The notes under the pieces: generated by a model
The model's database searches: none
Seen by the model: only the letters and a program-made list of their open reading frames with translations
What the model was told of the DNA's origin: nothing
From: Paecilomyces variotii
Lineage: Eukaryota
NCBI GenBank assembly: GCA_004022145.1
Contig: RCNU01000001.1
Length of the DNA stretch: 20,000 nt
Strand: one strand, 5' to 3'
In this document: in pieces, positions 9,991 to 20,000 of the stretch
Layout: every line of letters begins with the position of its first letter
Numbering within the stretch: the first letter of the stretch is position 1
Position numbers and translations under genes: made by a program

Positions 9991-12591
9991 GTTAAGTATA
10001 GAAGGCAGTTAAGTATTTTTATCCTTTCTTAATATAAAAATTATTAAATATAGAAATAATATTAATCTTTATAAAGTACTTTATTCCTTTTAAGTTATTT
10101 AAGGTCTTTTTAATTAAGAGTAAAGAATATTAGTCTTTAATAGTTATTATATTTAGGGCTTAGTAATCTATATAGATCTATATTTCTTTATTAGGCTTCT
10201 TAATAAATAGAATTAGAGATATAGTAGGTAATAAGTTTAAGTAGATAAATCCCTTTTTTAAGTTTTTTTTAATCTATTCTTTTAAGACCTTTAATTTATT
10301 TTAGGATATAATATATAGAGATTTAAAAAAAAGTAATTTCTCTTTTAATAACTTAATATTATAATTATAAGAATAATATAATAATAAGTGCTTAGCCTCC
10401 TTAGGAAAAAAGATATTAATATAATTCTTAAACTTTTTAGGCAATAGGTAAATAAAGTCTTTTTCTTAAACTTATTTAATCCTTAGAATAGTATCTAAGT
10501 TCTCTAGGATAATTATAAATATTTAAATATTTCCTTAAATATAAATAGAATAGGCAGCTAAAGAAATAAAGGCTATATTTCTCTTTTTTAATCTTTTAGA
10601 TCTTAGAGATAAGTATTAAAGTAAAGCCTTTAGGGGAATATTATATAAGGTAAATATTTTAATTAGCTTTAAGAGTATATTATAATTTTTTTAATAATAA
10701 TTATTATTAAAAATAATATTATAGACAGTAAATTATAAGTATAAATTATAGTGCTTTAATTAAAGAAGTCTTAAAATAATAAAATAATATGCTAGTTAAA
10801 TAATATAAAACTTAATATCTTTTTTAAAATAATCTTTAATTCTTATATCTATTTAAATATAATATATAATCTTCCTATCCTTTAGTTCTTTTTTATTAAA
10901 TATATATAGAATAATTAGGCTTTTTAGGGGAATAGGCTCTAATTTCTAATTTTTAACCTATTTTTAATCTATAAATCTTTATTTTTTAGCTTTAATATTA
11001 AGTAGAGTATAAATTAATAAATAAATCTTTTTTTTTTCTTTTTTAATATTATAGGCAGTATTATTAATTTTAATTATTATAGATATTCCTTAAGGTTAAT
11101 TCTATAAATAATAGCAGTAGAAATTTAAATAATATATAATTCTTAAGCCTAGCTATAATTTACTCTAGGCTTATTTCTTTTATTAAAGATTAACTAAGGG
11201 ATAGACTATATAAGTTTAAGAACTAAATTACTTAAAGAGTTTAAGAGTAGAGTTTATATATAACTATAGTTTAAATCTTCTAATAGTTATTTAAATATAA
11301 ATAATCTCTAATATAATATTTTAGGGAGTTATATTAGAAGTAGATGCTAATTTTATAGTATAATAGATTATATTTTCTCTTACTTAAGTATTTAAAAATA
11401 CTTAAGTCTATTAAATTATATAATTATATTAAGGCTAGTTTATTTTTTTATATAAGGCTTTTTTAAGGCTAGCTATTATATTTTATAATTAGGATAAAAC
11501 TTAAAGCAGGTAAAAGAGATTAAGTATATTAAATAGGTTTTAAAATAGTAATATAAGTCTTTATAATAAAGGGCTAGTTTATAATATATTAATAATAATA
11601 ATTCTTAAGGTCTTATAAGAATTTAATAAACTAATAATATTTATAACTTAGAGGCTAGCTATATAACAATATTTTTTAAAATTCTTAGCTAATAGCTTAC
11701 TCTAATAGAGTAAATAATATTCCTTTAAATATTTCTTTTTCTAGTATTAGGCGCTAGAACTTAATAAAGAAAATTCTAAATTTCTTATTAATCTAATAAA
11801 AGTTAAACAGTTTATTATATATATTATTTATATAATTAGAGTTATTAAATATATACTCTAAGATATTTAAAATCTCTTAATAATTGCTAAAAATATAAAT
11901 CCTATCTCTAATATATAATAATATTTAGATATAAGGTATATTCTTTAAGCAATTAGTTATATAGGCTATATAGCTTTAAAGAGTTAGAAATTAATCTTAA
12001 TTAATTATTATCTTTTCTTAGATTTAAGTTATAAAGTATTAAAAATCCTTTTAATTACCTTTAAACTTATTAAAATTAAAGAGTCTTTTTAAAAATCTAA
12101 AGGCAAAGAAAAATATAATAATAGATATTTTAAATATTTTTATTAAAGCAGCTGTAGGCCTCTTAATATTAAGCTTAGGTTTAAATATAAATATAGGTAT
12201 ATTTATAATAAGAATAACTATATAATAAGCTTAATCCCTCTTAATAATAGCCTAAATATATTGCTATTTCTTTTTATTAAGCTATACTTCCTAATACTGC
12301 TAAATAGCCCTAAGATTAATATTTTTTTATTTAAGTCTCTATTATATAGCTGCAAACTCCTGCTAGAATTTTTAAAATCTTACCTTAGTTTATTTAATAT
12401 ATTAGCTAGTTTTATTTATAGATAATTTAGCCCTAATAATATATTTATATGCTAAGTAATAATAATTATATTATTTTAGCCTATAGCTAGCAGTAATATA
12501 TTTAATAAACTCTTTTAAAATTATTAGCAGGAATAGAGAAATTAAGGTAAGTATTATTAATAATATTAACTCCTAGGTAGAAGCTATATAG

Positions 12592-12846
12592 TATTAAGAT
12601 ATAAGCTTAGAAAATAGGTTAAAATAAATAGAATAAGGAAGTTAATATTAGGACTAGCTATAGGATCTCTATTTAATTAATTTAGACTAGAATAAGCTAT
12701 TACAGGCAGGCTTAATAAATAAGATATAGCTTAAAGAGCTTAAATTCGGATTAAGCTATACGCTAAAGATATCTTTATAAGGTTATATAATACCTTATAT
12801 AAGTATTAGCCGGTAAATCTCTATCTCTTATACTAGCACTGTAATA
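12592..12846 (-). repeat. 5' LTR of inner Gypsy element
   Basis: Direct repeat of 6893-7147; flanked on the right by TSD ATAGC. Confidence 0.93.
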
Positions 12847-13653
12847 ATAGCTATATAATAAAGACTTAAATAAAAAAATACTGATTTTAAGGCTATTTAA
12901 TAATATTAAGAAATATAGCTTAATAAAAAGGAATAGCAATATATTTAAGCTATTCTTAAAAAGAACTAAGCTTATTATATAGCTATTTTTACTATAAATA
13001 TACTTATATTTATATTTAAATCTAAGCTTAATATTAAAAGGCTTATAACTCCTTTAATAGAAATATTTAAAATATTTATTATTATATTTTTTTCTATCTT
13101 TAAATTTTTAAAAAAACTCTCTAACTTTAATAAATTTAAAAATAATTAAAAAAACCTTTAGTATTTTATAGCTTAAATCTAGGGAAAGATAATAATTAAC
13201 TAAGATTAATTCTTAACCCTTTAGAGCTATATAGCCTATATAATTAATTATTTAAAAGGTATACTTTATATCTAAGTATTACTATATATTAGAGATAGAA
13301 TCTATATTTTTAATAATTATTAAGAGATTCTAGATATTTTAGAGTATATATTTAATAACTCTAATTATATAAATAATATATATAATAAATTATTTAACCT
13401 CTATTAGATTAATAAAAAATTTAAAATCTTTTTTATTAAATTCTAATATTTAGTATTAAAAAGAGAAATATTTAAAAGAATATTATTTACCCTACTAAAA
13501 TAAGCTATTAGCTAAGAATTTTAAAAAATATTATTATATAGCTAGCCCTTAAATTATAAATATTATTAATTTATTAAATTTTTATAAGACTTTAAAAACT
13601 ATTATTATTAATATATTATAAACTAGCCTCTTATTATAAAGATTTATACTGCT

Positions 13654-13880
13654 TAAAGTAGTTATATAGGCGGTTTAATTTAGTTTAAAGAGGGGGTTAA
13701 ACTACTTATAGCAGTTTTTAGTTTAAGATAAAAAAACTATACTTAAACTAAACTATATTCTAGTAGTTTAGTTTAAAACTAAAAAAACTAAAATATTTGC
13801 TAAGATTATACGCTAAATTAATTTAAGTTAGATTAACTTAAACAGTTTAATTTAAATAGTTTATACAGTTTATAATATTA
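13654..13880. mobile_element. Putative hAT-like transposon end with dense (C/T)(G/A)GTTT / AAACTA subterminal repeats
   Basis: More than 10 copies of CGGTTT/CAGTTT/TAGTTT/AAACTA in both orientations (RIP products of AAACCG). Ends in ACAGTTTATAATATTA (13865-13880), transition-compatible with a GCGGTTTGCAACACTG-type hAT TIR. Begins exactly where the outer Gypsy homology stops. Confidence 0.55.
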
Positions 13881-16800
13881 TAGATATTAAAGCTTTATAT
13901 TATTTTATATTATTATTAGTTATAAACCTTTAAATCTATAGCTAAAAAATAGTTTAAATATAATATTATTATATTAATTTAAAAGTAAAACTATAAAGAA
14001 AGTCTTTTAAGATATTATTAAATATATATATATAGAGTTATAGCTATAGAAATATATATATTTATAAACTATAGTGCTAATATAGTATTATTATATATAA
14101 TATATAATTTTTCTTAAAAGCTTAAGTTATTAAACTAAAGAATATATATTTAATTATTATTATTATTTTAAATAAAAAGTACTTTTTAAATTATTCTCTT
14201 AATAAGTTAATAAAAAATCTATATATAATTAATAAATTATAACTTCTAAAAAAAATCTTAGAAAATCTTATATATTTATATAATTTATTAAAAATCTAAT
14301 TTAAGTTAAAACTATTAAGATTATATTATACTTTTAACTATTTCTTTTTTATTTAAATATAGTTTTTAAGTTAAATATTATTTTTTTATAATAGATAATT
14401 CTTTATTTAAGCTATTAGACTTAACTATTCTATAATATATTAGAGATATTTATTCTGCCCTAATTTAGCTTTATTAATATAGTATTATAAAGATAAAATT
14501 AAGGTTTTTTTTTTTATTAATTTTAAGAAATAATTTTATGCTAGAAGAAGAAATTAATATAATTATTTTTAGCTAAGGTCTTATAAATTATAATCTTAAA
14601 TTAAAAGATACTTTTTTTTATTATAATACTTTAAAGAAATAATTAAGATAATCTCTTAGATATATTAAATTTATTAGTCTTAAATTAAATTAACTATCTA
14701 TATCTTTATAAATATATTAAATATAGTAAGCTAGATTTTTTAATAGTTTTTTTAGGTAGCCTATAAATAGAAATATATATCTTATATATTAATATTAGGT
14801 AATAAAGTTTGCTAATTTACTTTTTAAGTAGTATTAAGAAAAGAAAGAAAGTAAGAGTAAATATAAGAATTGCTATTAATCTTATTAAAGCCCTTAAGCT
14901 TAATAAATTAAATAAGAAATATAGTAATTTTAAATATAATAGCCTTAAGATTAATAAAAGACTCTTTAAGAATAATTAAATCTAAATCTATATTGCAGGC
15001 TATTAAGAAGCTAATAATCTAAGATTAATTTAATTTTCTAATATCTTTAAGTTAAATAGAATAATTTTAGAAGAAGAATAATTATTTTTTATAAAGTAAT
15101 AAGAAAAAAGTAATAATTTCTATTAGAAGTTCTCTATATAAAAAATCTAAAAAAGGAATTTAAATTTTATATTTTAATTTAAGTTAGAATAAACTAAAAG
15201 TTTCTATTAAAATCTTTAAGGGCTATAGAAAGAAAGTTTATTATCTTAAGAAGTATACCCTATTAAAAAATAAGAAAGTAATAATTTTTTTTATATAATA
15301 AGTCCTATTATTAATTAAGAGATAGATAATTAATATAATCTAACTTAAGTTAGAATATTAACTTCTTAATTAAGATTAGTATAAAATTATAGATTATATA
15401 AATTAACTTTATTTTTTTTTATTATATTTATTTCTTTCTCTAAATATATTTTTTATATTTTTTTTACTAATTCTAATTTAATTAGAATTAGCTTTTTATA
15501 TATAAGTAAAGAAATCTTATAAGAATAAAATAATATCTTATTAATATTATTACCTTAATTTAAATTTTTCTAAGACTTTTAATATAATAAGCTCTTAATC
15601 TCTATTTTAATAGTCTATATTTTAATTTAAGTTAAAATACTATAGATCTAACTATTTTATTATAAGATTTATAGAAATAAGAACTCTTAAACTATTTTAC
15701 TAAATATTAGAATCTTTAATTTATTTTACTACTTTTTAAAAACCCTAGTTTATTTATAAATAGACTTTAGCTAAATAATCCTAGTGTAAAATCTTTTAAT
15801 AATTTTAACTTACTAGACTATATATTTTAACTTAAGTTAAAACTAAAATACTGCCTAAAACTAGTTTATTATTTAAATCTATTATTTCTACAGTATTATT
15901 AAAAAGAAAAAAAAAATTAGCTAAGTAAAGTTTAATAAGAATAGTTTTATTAATCTTTTTTTCTTTTTAAAAGGATATAATTTAATTAAAATTTAAAGAG
16001 GTATTTTTTAGGACTTTATATATTAATATATAAGATCTAGATAATAAATAAAAAGGTAAGGAGAAAAACTATAATCTTAATAAAAATTATATAAAAAACT
16101 TAAAATAAGAATTTTAAATAGCTATTTAATAATAAGATATTAGCATTTAAATAAAAGTAATAATAAAATATAATAACTTTAAATAGATTATTAAGACCTT
16201 TATTAAAAATAATTAAACCCTAATAAATAATATTAATACTATAGAGGTATATAAAAAGACTCTTAATATTACGCGCTCTAGAAATAGAATAAAGAGAGAT
16301 ATATTTATTTATTTTAATAAATAGCTAAATTCTATTTAAAAACTTATTCTTTAAATAGAGTAATATTACTAAGCTATTTTATTAAAGCTTTTATTTAAGC
16401 AGATTTAAATAGTTATTATTTATATTAAGACCCCTAAAGGTAAGACTATTTAAAAGCTAAGTCTTAATATATATTCTTATTTTAACTTAAGTTAGAATTT
16501 AGCTAATTATAGATTAATAGGCCTAGTTATAAATAGTTAATATCTATAATAAAGAGAAGATAAATATAAAACTTTTAATTATATTATGCTTAAATTATAA
16601 AAAGATAGAAAGACTTAATATAGATAAAGAATATATATTAGCTCTAATTTAAGCCTTTAAGTAAAAAGATTAAATATAAAGAAGAGAATTATTTAAAAAT
16701 ATAAATAATTTTAAAAAATAGGCTTAGCCGGTTATTAATATCTTACTAAAATATATAGTATATACTTAAGCTTTTTTATAAAAAGATTTATAAATACAAT

Positions 16801-17886
16801 AGATTTTAGATTATATTTATATTTTATATAAAAAAACATATTATAACTTTATTCTTAATAAGCTTATAATTAATTTAAAACTAGACTATATAAATTAAGA
16901 AAATTATTTAGTAGTTTTTAATTATTTTAACCTAAGTTAGATTTAAAAAGCTAAATTTAGAAAATTTAAGAAATAGATTATAAAGATCTTTATAGAGAAG
17001 TTTAACGCCTATATTTTAATAAATAATTAGCAATTTATTATTAATTATTATTATTAAGCTAGTAATAATATATTAAGAATATTATTCTTCTTATTTAGGT
17101 CTAATTATAAAAAGAATAAGCTATACTCTATTTTAAATAAAAAGTAGTTTTTTAAATTATCTTTATTATAATTAATAATAGAGGTTTCCTTCTTTAAAAA
17201 CCTTATAAGAAGACTAGGATTTCTTATTATATTAAATAATAAGAATTATATAATAATATAGAAGAACTTATATAAGAATAAGAATCTTAAGTTCTCTTTT
17301 TAATAAAATTTAACTTAAGTTAAATATTAGAGATATAATATTAACTAGTTATAAGAACTTATAGATTAAACTATAAAATAAAGTAATTAATCTATTAAAA
17401 GCTATATTTAAGTATATAATATTCTAGTATTAATTAGAATAGTATTATTTATCTCCTATATTTAATTATCTAAAAATATTTTAATAGGCCTATAAATTTT
17501 AGTTAACTCTATTTCTTATTATAGAGAACCTTAATATAGCTATATATTTTATTAATATACTTTTTAATAAGATCTATAAAGATCTCTATTAGGGCTAGTA
17601 AGATCTAAAATAAAGTATAAGCCTTTATTTAACTTAAGTTAGAATTTAGATTAATTCTTTTTAGCTAAATAAGCTACTAAATATATTATAAGATATAGAT
17701 ATTATTAAAAAGAATAAGGACTATTATAAAAAATATTAAACTTATCTATTATAATTTAACTATTATTATTAAATAAGAGTCTTATAAAAATACTTAAAAA
17801 TAATTAAAGGCGAGTTTAAGAGTATTATAAAAAAGTTTAGTAATATTATTAAGATTATAAATTTTAAAAAAATTAACTTAAGTTAA
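13818..17886. repeat. Dispersed 14-bp palindrome YTAA(C/T)TTAAGTTAR, 11 copies
   Basis: Copies start at 13818, 14296, 15174, 15340, 15622, 15827, 16482, 16927, 17310, 17629 and 17873, with a degenerate copy near 15470. Not seen in the equally AT-rich Gypsy interior. Confidence 0.85.
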
Positions 17887-18140
17887 AACTAATATAATAT
17901 AGGGCGATTATATATAAACTTTTATAAATTTTAAAAATATAACTATAAGAATATAATTTTAACAGAATTATAATATTAAAGATATCTATATCTTAAGATA
18001 TTATAAGAAGGAATTAAAGAAAAAGGCTAATCTACTAAGAGTATTATAGATCTACTAATATATAAAAACTAATATAATTAAAATATTAAAATTAGGCTAG
18101 AGAAAAGCTAATTTTTAAAAGGAGAATCTTATCTAAAATA
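14400..18140 (+). pseudogene. Unidentified RIP-degraded multi-exon gene(s); boundaries approximate
   Basis: Purine-rich plus strand with protein-like frames broken only by TAA/TAG (e.g. 14834-15330, 16513-16910, 17665-18140). Intron-like segments GTAAGA..GCTAAT..TAG (16440-16512), GTAGTT..GCTAAA..TAG (16911-16960) and GTATAA..ATTAAT..TAG (17615-17664). No family motif recognised. Confidence 0.5.
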
Positions 18141-18160
18141 AAGTATATATATTATTAATC

Positions 18161-18531
18161 TGTAAAGAGCTAGGGTAAAGAAGCTCTTTATTAGAGATAA
18201 CTAGTTAGACTAGTTAAACAGAATATAAGATAAGAGATAGAGATATAGGCAAGTAGTAGTCTATATATAGTAGAGTTAAAGGTTAGATTTAGTAGTAATT
18301 AGAATAAATTACTAATTTATCTAACTTCTATTCTTTTAAGGGTTATTTATTTATTTATCTATTTTATTAGGTTATCTAGATAACTTAGTCTTAATAGCTT
18401 TATCTATAACTAATTAATCTAACTATTATATATAGATCTAGTTATCTTATTATTCTTTATTATCTATCTTAAGTTATTTATCTTAAGTCTTAGCAGGTCT
18501 AAATTAGGTATTATAGCCTAGGTTTATAATA
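18161..18531 (-). repeat. Probable 3' LTR (~371 bp) of a second, different LTR retrotransposon
   Basis: Begins TGTAAAGAGCTAGG and ends CCTAGGTTTATAATA (imperfect terminal inverted repeat). On the minus strand it is preceded by PPT-like AGAGGGAAA-TAC (18532-18543) and contains a TATA-like TATATATAG, a CT-rich tract and AATAAA in the expected order. Partner LTR is not in the window. Confidence 0.65.
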
Positions 18532-19202
18532 GTATTTCCCTCTATTAAAAGGCTTATCTTAAGCTATATAAAGTTTATTATATAGATTTAAATATTTAGG
18601 TATAGTTATAGTAATAGTAATAAATTACTATTAAGGTATACTTATTATATAAATTTATCTAATATTAGCTTTATTTTAATATTTTTATTTAGGAGATTAG
18701 GAGTATTTTTATTCTTTACTAATTAACTCCTGTCCTCTTATTTATATATTAAACTATTCTTTTTCTGTTTCTATAGCTTATTTAGTGCTGTTTTTAATAG
18801 TTTAAATATAGAAATAGCTAATATTTATATAGGTATATTAAAATTAGGATTTTTAAGTTATTTTCTTTATAAGTCTTACGCGTATATTTAATATAAGTTA
18901 TAACCCTTTAGATTTATATAATAGTGCTAATTAATATAATAATATTTCTTAAATATTCTAAGTATATTTTATTTCTTTTAGGCTCTCCTAATAAGGCCCT
19001 TATAGTTAGCCTTAAGCTATTATAGCTATTAACTAAAGATTATTTACTTAGTTATTAGTTTATAGATAATAAGTAGCTTAATAAGCTATTTCCTCCCTCT
19101 ATATCTCTAATTACTAATATAATATTAAAATTAATAACTTTTTTTTTATAGATTATTTTATTTATTGTTATTAATAATAGTAATAGAGTATTTTTATTAA
19201 AA

Positions 19203-20000
19203 GTATCTGTAGAGAATCCTTTAATAGAGAAGTATTTTTTATTTAAGATCTATAGGGATTAGTTTATATCTAGTAATATAGTTTCTTCTATATATAAGAA
19301 GATATAGGCTAGTCTATTATATTCTTTTTAGAGGTTAAAATATAATTATAATAATATTACTTTTACTATATCTATAGCAGAGAAAACTTTTATTTAGCTA
19401 ATTAAGAAATTATAAAGGAGATTAAAGGTAAAGAAAGTCCTTAGTATAGAGACTTAGGGAATTTAAGATATTATTATAACTCTTATTTTTAAAGTTAAAG
19501 CTACTATTAAAATACTTCCTTCTTAGATTAATTTAGCTTTTATTAAGATAGTAATATTAATTATTATTGCTAATATTAATATAGTAATAAGTTATTTTAT
19601 TACCTTTAAGGTAAACCTTATTATAGATTCTTTTAGCTTAAAAGATTTAATTAAAGATTTTCCTCCTATCTTATAAGAGATATATCTTTATTATTTAAAG
19701 GTCTTAGTATAAGATCTTAAGTAATAATATATTTATTCTTATATTAATATAAAATATCTTTATTATAAGAGTCTTTATAAATTATATATCTCTATACCGC
19801 TAGTATATAAGGCTAAGTTAATTTATATTTAGAGTCTTAGCTAAAAGGCTTATTTTTTAAGTAATTTAGAGTCTTTTAATAAGGCTATAAATATATATAT
19901 CTCCTCTATAGAGGTATATATATAAAAATCTATATTTAAGATTATTAAATACTAGCTTAATACTGCTACTATCTTATTAATCTTATTATACTTTAATTAA
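19203..20000 (+). pseudogene. Relic ORF antisense to the second LTR element, with a probable Cys-rich Zn-binding motif
   Basis: One protein-like frame of ~265 codons broken only by TAA/TAG. Raw EIYLYYLKVLV*DLK**YIYSYINIKYLYYKSLYKLYISIP (19677-19799) gives C-x2-C..C..C-x2-C..C if TAT is reverted to TGT. Confidence 0.5.

Larger units (their letters stand above)
6893..12846 (-). mobile_element. Full-length RIP-inactivated Ty3/Gypsy chromovirus LTR retrotransposon (5954 bp)
   Basis: Direct 255-bp LTRs at 6893-7147 and 12592-12846 with TATT..AATA ends (RIP of TGTT..AACA); 5-bp TSD ATAGC at 6888-6892 and 12847-12851; PPT-like AAAAGAGAAA-TAT before the 3' LTR on the minus strand (7148-7160); domain order RT, integrase, chromodomain. 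Confidence 0.95.
6416..13653 (+). mobile_element. Outer Ty3/Gypsy copy (5' LTR plus leader/gag region; pieces 6416-6892 and 12847-13653), split by the inner copy and ending at 13653
   Basis: 6650-6892 is the reverse complement of 12349-12591, and 12847-13653 is the reverse complement of 11547-12353 (807 bp each). The pieces are contiguous across the ATAGC duplication. Confidence 0.9.
5661..20000. repeat. AT-rich RIP-degraded repeat block (heterochromatin-like isochore)
   Basis: No ORFs in the track for 14 kb; strong TpA excess and near absence of CpA/TpG/CpG by eye; homologous copies within the block differ almost only by C>T/G>A transitions. Confidence 0.95.
18161..20000 (-). mobile_element. 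3' part of a second RIP-degraded LTR retrotransposon (probably Gypsy), running off the window
   Basis: LTR plus PPT architecture with the same PPT-TAY-LTR spacing as the inner Gypsy; no pol motif recognised within the window. Confidence 0.55.

Noticed and set aside
13818-17886. CRISPR array
   Set aside because: Eukaryotic context; the repeat is only 14 bp and spacing is irregular (hundreds of bp).
14400-18140. Starship captain (DUF3435 tyrosine recombinase), hAT transposase or Helitron helicase
   Set aside because: I could not read any catalytic motif of these families in the frames examined; the relic is left unassigned rather than excluded.
5661-20000. Mitochondrial insertion (NUMT) or low-GC foreign DNA
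   Set aside because: TpA-skewed composition, TAA/TAG-riddled retroelement motifs and transition-only differences between copies indicate RIP-mutated nuclear repeats.

Overview
Filamentous ascomycete DNA (short GT-AG introns with CTRAC branch points, plus RIP-type mutation) with a sharp two-compartment structure. Bases 1-~5650 are GC-balanced. They carry an intact APH/choline-kinase-like phosphotransferase gene (-) and a 4-exon ABCA-type transporter gene (-). The transporter is open for ~1400 codons but clipped at both ends: its first codons are replaced by a GC-rich, repeat-bearing putative transposon terminus at ~5599, and it stops just after Walker B of NBD2. Bases ~5660-20000 are an extremely AT-rich, RIP-degraded nest of elements. 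A full-length Ty3/Gypsy chromovirus (6893-12846, minus strand; 255-bp LTRs, ATAGC target duplication, readable RT, integrase and chromodomain relics) has inserted in inverted orientation into the 5' region of another copy of its own family. This is followed by a hAT-like terminus, an unidentified multi-intron gene relic carrying 11 copies of a 14-bp palindrome (several inside intron-like segments), and the 3' LTR plus antisense Cys-rich ORF relic of a second LTR retrotransposon. All calls were made by eye; no database searches were run.
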